From a virus: a stretch of DNA of 34,040 nt. How positions within the stretch are numbered: position 1 is the first letter of the stretch; every line of letters begins with the position of its first letter. Below, in pieces: positions 32,229 through 34,040 of the stretch. The stretch lies in the UHGV virus genome UHGV-0159305. One strand, given 5' to 3'. The position numbers and the translations under genes were made by a program. The notes beneath the pieces are model-generated. The model was given only the letters and a program-made list of their open reading frames with translations. It was not told where the DNA came from and made no database searches.

Positions 32229-33626
32229 ATGTCAGCATCACCCGCAACCGCCGCAGCCCAGATGGAGTACTGGGCCACCTGCGGCCCCGGAAAGCCGCAG
32301 GGAGGTGACTACAGCGTCGGCTACTCGCAGCCCGACCGGTGGATGGCGTACGAACGGTCCACGGACCTCGGCTGGCTCACCGCGGACGCCAACATGGACT
32401 GCTCCGCCGGTGTCGCCGCGGCCTGGAACTTCGCTTTCCATGCGGACGGCGAGCCCTGGGACTCGTCCGTTATGTTCCCCAGGGACACGTACACCGGCAA
32501 CATCCGCGGCTACGCCACCTCCAGGGGCTTCGAGGATGTCCACTGGGACGACAGCAGCCTCTACCCCGACGGCGGCCTTCAGGTCGGCGACCTGATCCTC
32601 TCTGAGGCGGCCTCTGGCGGCGCCGGCCACGTCGCCATGGTCACCAAGAACGGCCTGTCCGAAGCTTGGATCGCCGAGGACGGGTCAATCGACGGGTACA
32701 TCGGCGACCAGACCGGCTCTGAGTGCCGGTGCGTGTCCTATGAGGGGCACCTGTACACGCAGACGGCCCGGTGGACGCACTGTCTCCGCTATCTCGGCGG
32801 CACCGCGGCGCCTGTTCCGCCGTCGCAGGAGCAGTCACGCGCCTCGCACGACGGGTACGAGCTGTCCTACGTGCAGCAGGCTGTGCTCCGCGCCGCTGAC
32901 AACGTCGGATGCCCCTGGTGGGCTGCGCTCGCGGCCCTGTGGATGGAGACCGGCGAGTATGGCGCGAACATCTTCGGCCATGACGCCGGCGGCGCCTACT
33001 GCGGCGGCGGCGAAGTCACCGAAGCAAAGTTCCGGGACTTCTACGCACAGATCAGCGCTGGGGCCGCGTCCAACGGCGTCGGCCCGCTGCAGGTCACGTA
33101 CCCCGGCTACTTCTTCAACGACCCCGACCGGGCTTGGTGGGACCCTGAGAAGTCCGCCGAGGTCGGCTGTGGCATCATCCGGGACCTCATTAACGCGGAA
33201 GGCGACTCGTACGAGGACCTGAAGCGTGTCGGATCCCGCTACAATTCGGGTAGCGCGTACGGCGCCTACGAGGCGTACGGCGAACCCTTCAGCGACCGGT
33301 GCAGGTCGTGGTACAACTACGGGCGCCCCAACGGCGCAGGACAGGAGGCATGGGAAATGGCTGAAGGCGTTGACCTTCTCAGGGAGATCAGGGATCTGTT
33401 CAGGTCCGGGCAGGCTGGCGACCACTTCGCCGGCGACATGAACTGGTACGCGAAGGCGACCTACGAGGAGACCAAGGCGATCCACGCTGCGGTTGACAAG
33501 GTCCTCGACGCGTTGACCCCCGGCCAGGAGGGCGTCAAGTCTGCGGGGGCGATCTACGGTGCTGTCAGCGACATTCGCGCCGCCGTGAAGCCCGCCGACG
33601 TTGAGCGGCCCGACGCTGCGAAGTGA
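32229..33626 (+). CDS. endolysin (N-terminal NlpC/P60- or CHAP-like Cys/His peptidase, central lysozyme-like transglycosylase-type domain, C-terminal region)
   Basis: The ORF-track ORF 32124..33626 was trimmed to the ATG at 32229, with GGAGGG 3 nt upstream. It has a Cys-His pair (MDCSAGVAAAW ... GHVAMV) and an SLT-like motif (LWMETGEYGANIFGHDAGGAY ... GPLQVTYPGYF). A holin gene lies downstream. Confidence 0.7.
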   Translation: MSASPATAAAQMEYWATCGPGKPQGGDYSVGYSQPDRWMAYERSTDLGWLTADANMDCSAGVAAAWNFAFHADGEPWDSSVMFPRDTYTGNIRGYATSRGFEDVHWDDSSLYPDGGLQVGDLILSEAASGGAGHVAMVTKNGLSEAWIAEDGSIDGYIGDQTGSECRCVSYEGHLYTQTARWTHCLRYLGGTAAPVPPSQEQSRASHDGYELSYVQQAVLRAADNVGCPWWAALAALWMETGEYGANIFGHDAGGAYCGGGEVTEAKFRDFYAQISAGAASNGVGPLQVTYPGYFFNDPDRAWWDPEKSAEVGCGIIRDLINAEGDSYEDLKRVGSRYNSGSAYGAYEAYGEPFSDRCRSWYNYGRPNGAGQEAWEMAEGVDLLREIRDLFRSGQAGDHFAGDMNWYAKATYEETKAIHAAVDKVLDALTPGQEGVKSAGAIYGAVSDIRAAVKPADVERPDAAK

Positions 33627-33751
33627 CCCCACACATCGTCCCGTGCGCCGCCCACTGGTTCGCCGCTGCGGCGATCCTGGGCGCGTACTGGGTCGGGCGG
33701 CTCGAAGGCCGTCAAGAAACAACAGAGGAGAAAGATGAACCTGACTGCTGA
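33623..33751 (+). CDS. possible 42-aa transmembrane protein in the lysis cassette (VTPHIVPCAAHWFAAAAILGAYWVGRLEGRQETTEEKDEPDC)
   Basis: GTG start overlaps the endolysin stop by GTGA, the coupling pattern used throughout this genome. It has one hydrophobic helix. It overlaps the holin start by 17 nt in another frame. It is too short for the ORF track. Confidence 0.3.
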   Translation: MTPHIVPCAAHWFAAAAILGAYWVGRLEGRQETTEEKDEPDC

Positions 33752-34040
33752 GCAGAGTGCGACCCTGACCGCTGTGGCTGCCGTCGCGTGGCCCTTCGTC
33801 CAGGCGGCCCTGGACAAGCCGTACTGGACTGCGGGCAAGCGTCGTGCCCTGACCCTGGCTGCGGTTGTTCTGATCGCTGCGGGCACGTACTTCGTGGGCG
33901 CCTACCCGGCGACCGCTGAGGCTGCTGTCACCCAGCTTCTGTCCGTTGCCGGTCTCGTTCTCGGGGCTTTCAACGTTCTGAAGAGTGTGAAGATCAACGG
34001 CATTTCGATCCTCGACTGGGCGGGCATTGTCACCCCCGGC
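33735..34040 (+). CDS. holin-like membrane protein (5' partial; runs off the window end)
   Basis: ATG at 33735 lies 4 nt after GAGGAG. The frame is open to the end of the window (102 codons). Two to three hydrophobic helices are predicted (LTAVAAVAWPFVQAAL; ALTLAAVVLIAAGTYFVGAY; LLSVAGLVLGAFNVL). It sits directly after the endolysin. Confidence 0.55.
   Translation, partial: MNLTAEQSATLTAVAAVAWPFVQAALDKPYWTAGKRRALTLAAVVLIAAGTYFVGAYPATAEAAVTQLLSVAGLVLGAFNVLKSVKINGISILDWAGIVTPG

Noticed and set aside
1-34040. Search for tRNA genes, CRISPR arrays, an integrase/attP, a CI-like repressor, or a toxin domain
   Set aside because: There is no cloverleaf-compatible ~75-nt segment. The only short direct repeats (12-15 bp, two copies each) lack CRISPR regularity. 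No tyrosine or serine recombinase motifs were seen in any frame. The gene content (RecT, SSB, Hjc-like nuclease, DnaB, initiator, dUTPase) fits a virulent or recombination-proficient phage.

Overview
The window is high-GC (about 68-70%) and reads as a near-complete genome, or a large contiguous block, of a siphovirus-type tailed phage or prophage of an actinobacterial host. Gene order is canonical, and the ORF track was re-interpreted with trimmed starts where an RBS or coupling signal supported it.

Head and packaging module (+ strand, 132..7588): small and large terminase, portal, MuF-like head morphogenesis protein, scaffold, major capsid, and four head-tail joining proteins.

Tail module (+ strand, 7655..20718): major tail protein with an Ig-like C-terminus and a strong hairpin terminator; G/GT tail-assembly chaperones with a classic -1 slippery heptamer CCCTTTC at 9059..9065; a 1104-aa tape measure; Dit-like and Tal-like tip proteins; a 1071-aa Ala-rich coiled-coil tail fibre; an unknown 229-aa protein; and a GH5-like TIM-barrel hydrolase.

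Early/accessory block (- strand, 21093..28213): about 18 genes, mostly tightly packed and often translationally coupled, each preceded by a GAAAGGAA-type RBS. It includes four small unknown genes (one a 56-aa transmembrane protein absent from the ORF track), an HTH-fused divergent metallophosphoesterase overlapping an NrdH-like glutaredoxin by GTGA, SSB, an Hjc-like PD-(D/E)xK nuclease, a DUF3310 protein, a dUTPase with an ~80-aa C-terminal extension, a sigma-region-4-like HTH protein, RecT, and several unknowns.

Replication and lysis (+ strand, 28637..34040): a 420-bp divergent control region full of palindromes and direct repeats, a winged-helix replication initiator/helicase-loader-like protein, DnaB helicase, a small membrane protein, an HNH endonuclease, a two-domain endolysin, and the start of a holin.

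The most striking non-coding feature is an origin-like cluster of about 8 DnaA-box 9-mers (perfect TTATCCACA and TTGTCCACA among them) at ~31263..31430, flanked by an AT-rich palindrome, a C-rich/G4-prone tract and, 3' of the HNH domain, an extraordinary A-rich (GAAACGAAACGAAAA)x2 tract.

No integrase, repressor, tRNA or CRISPR array was seen. Coordinates I derived by hand may be off by +/-1 nt.
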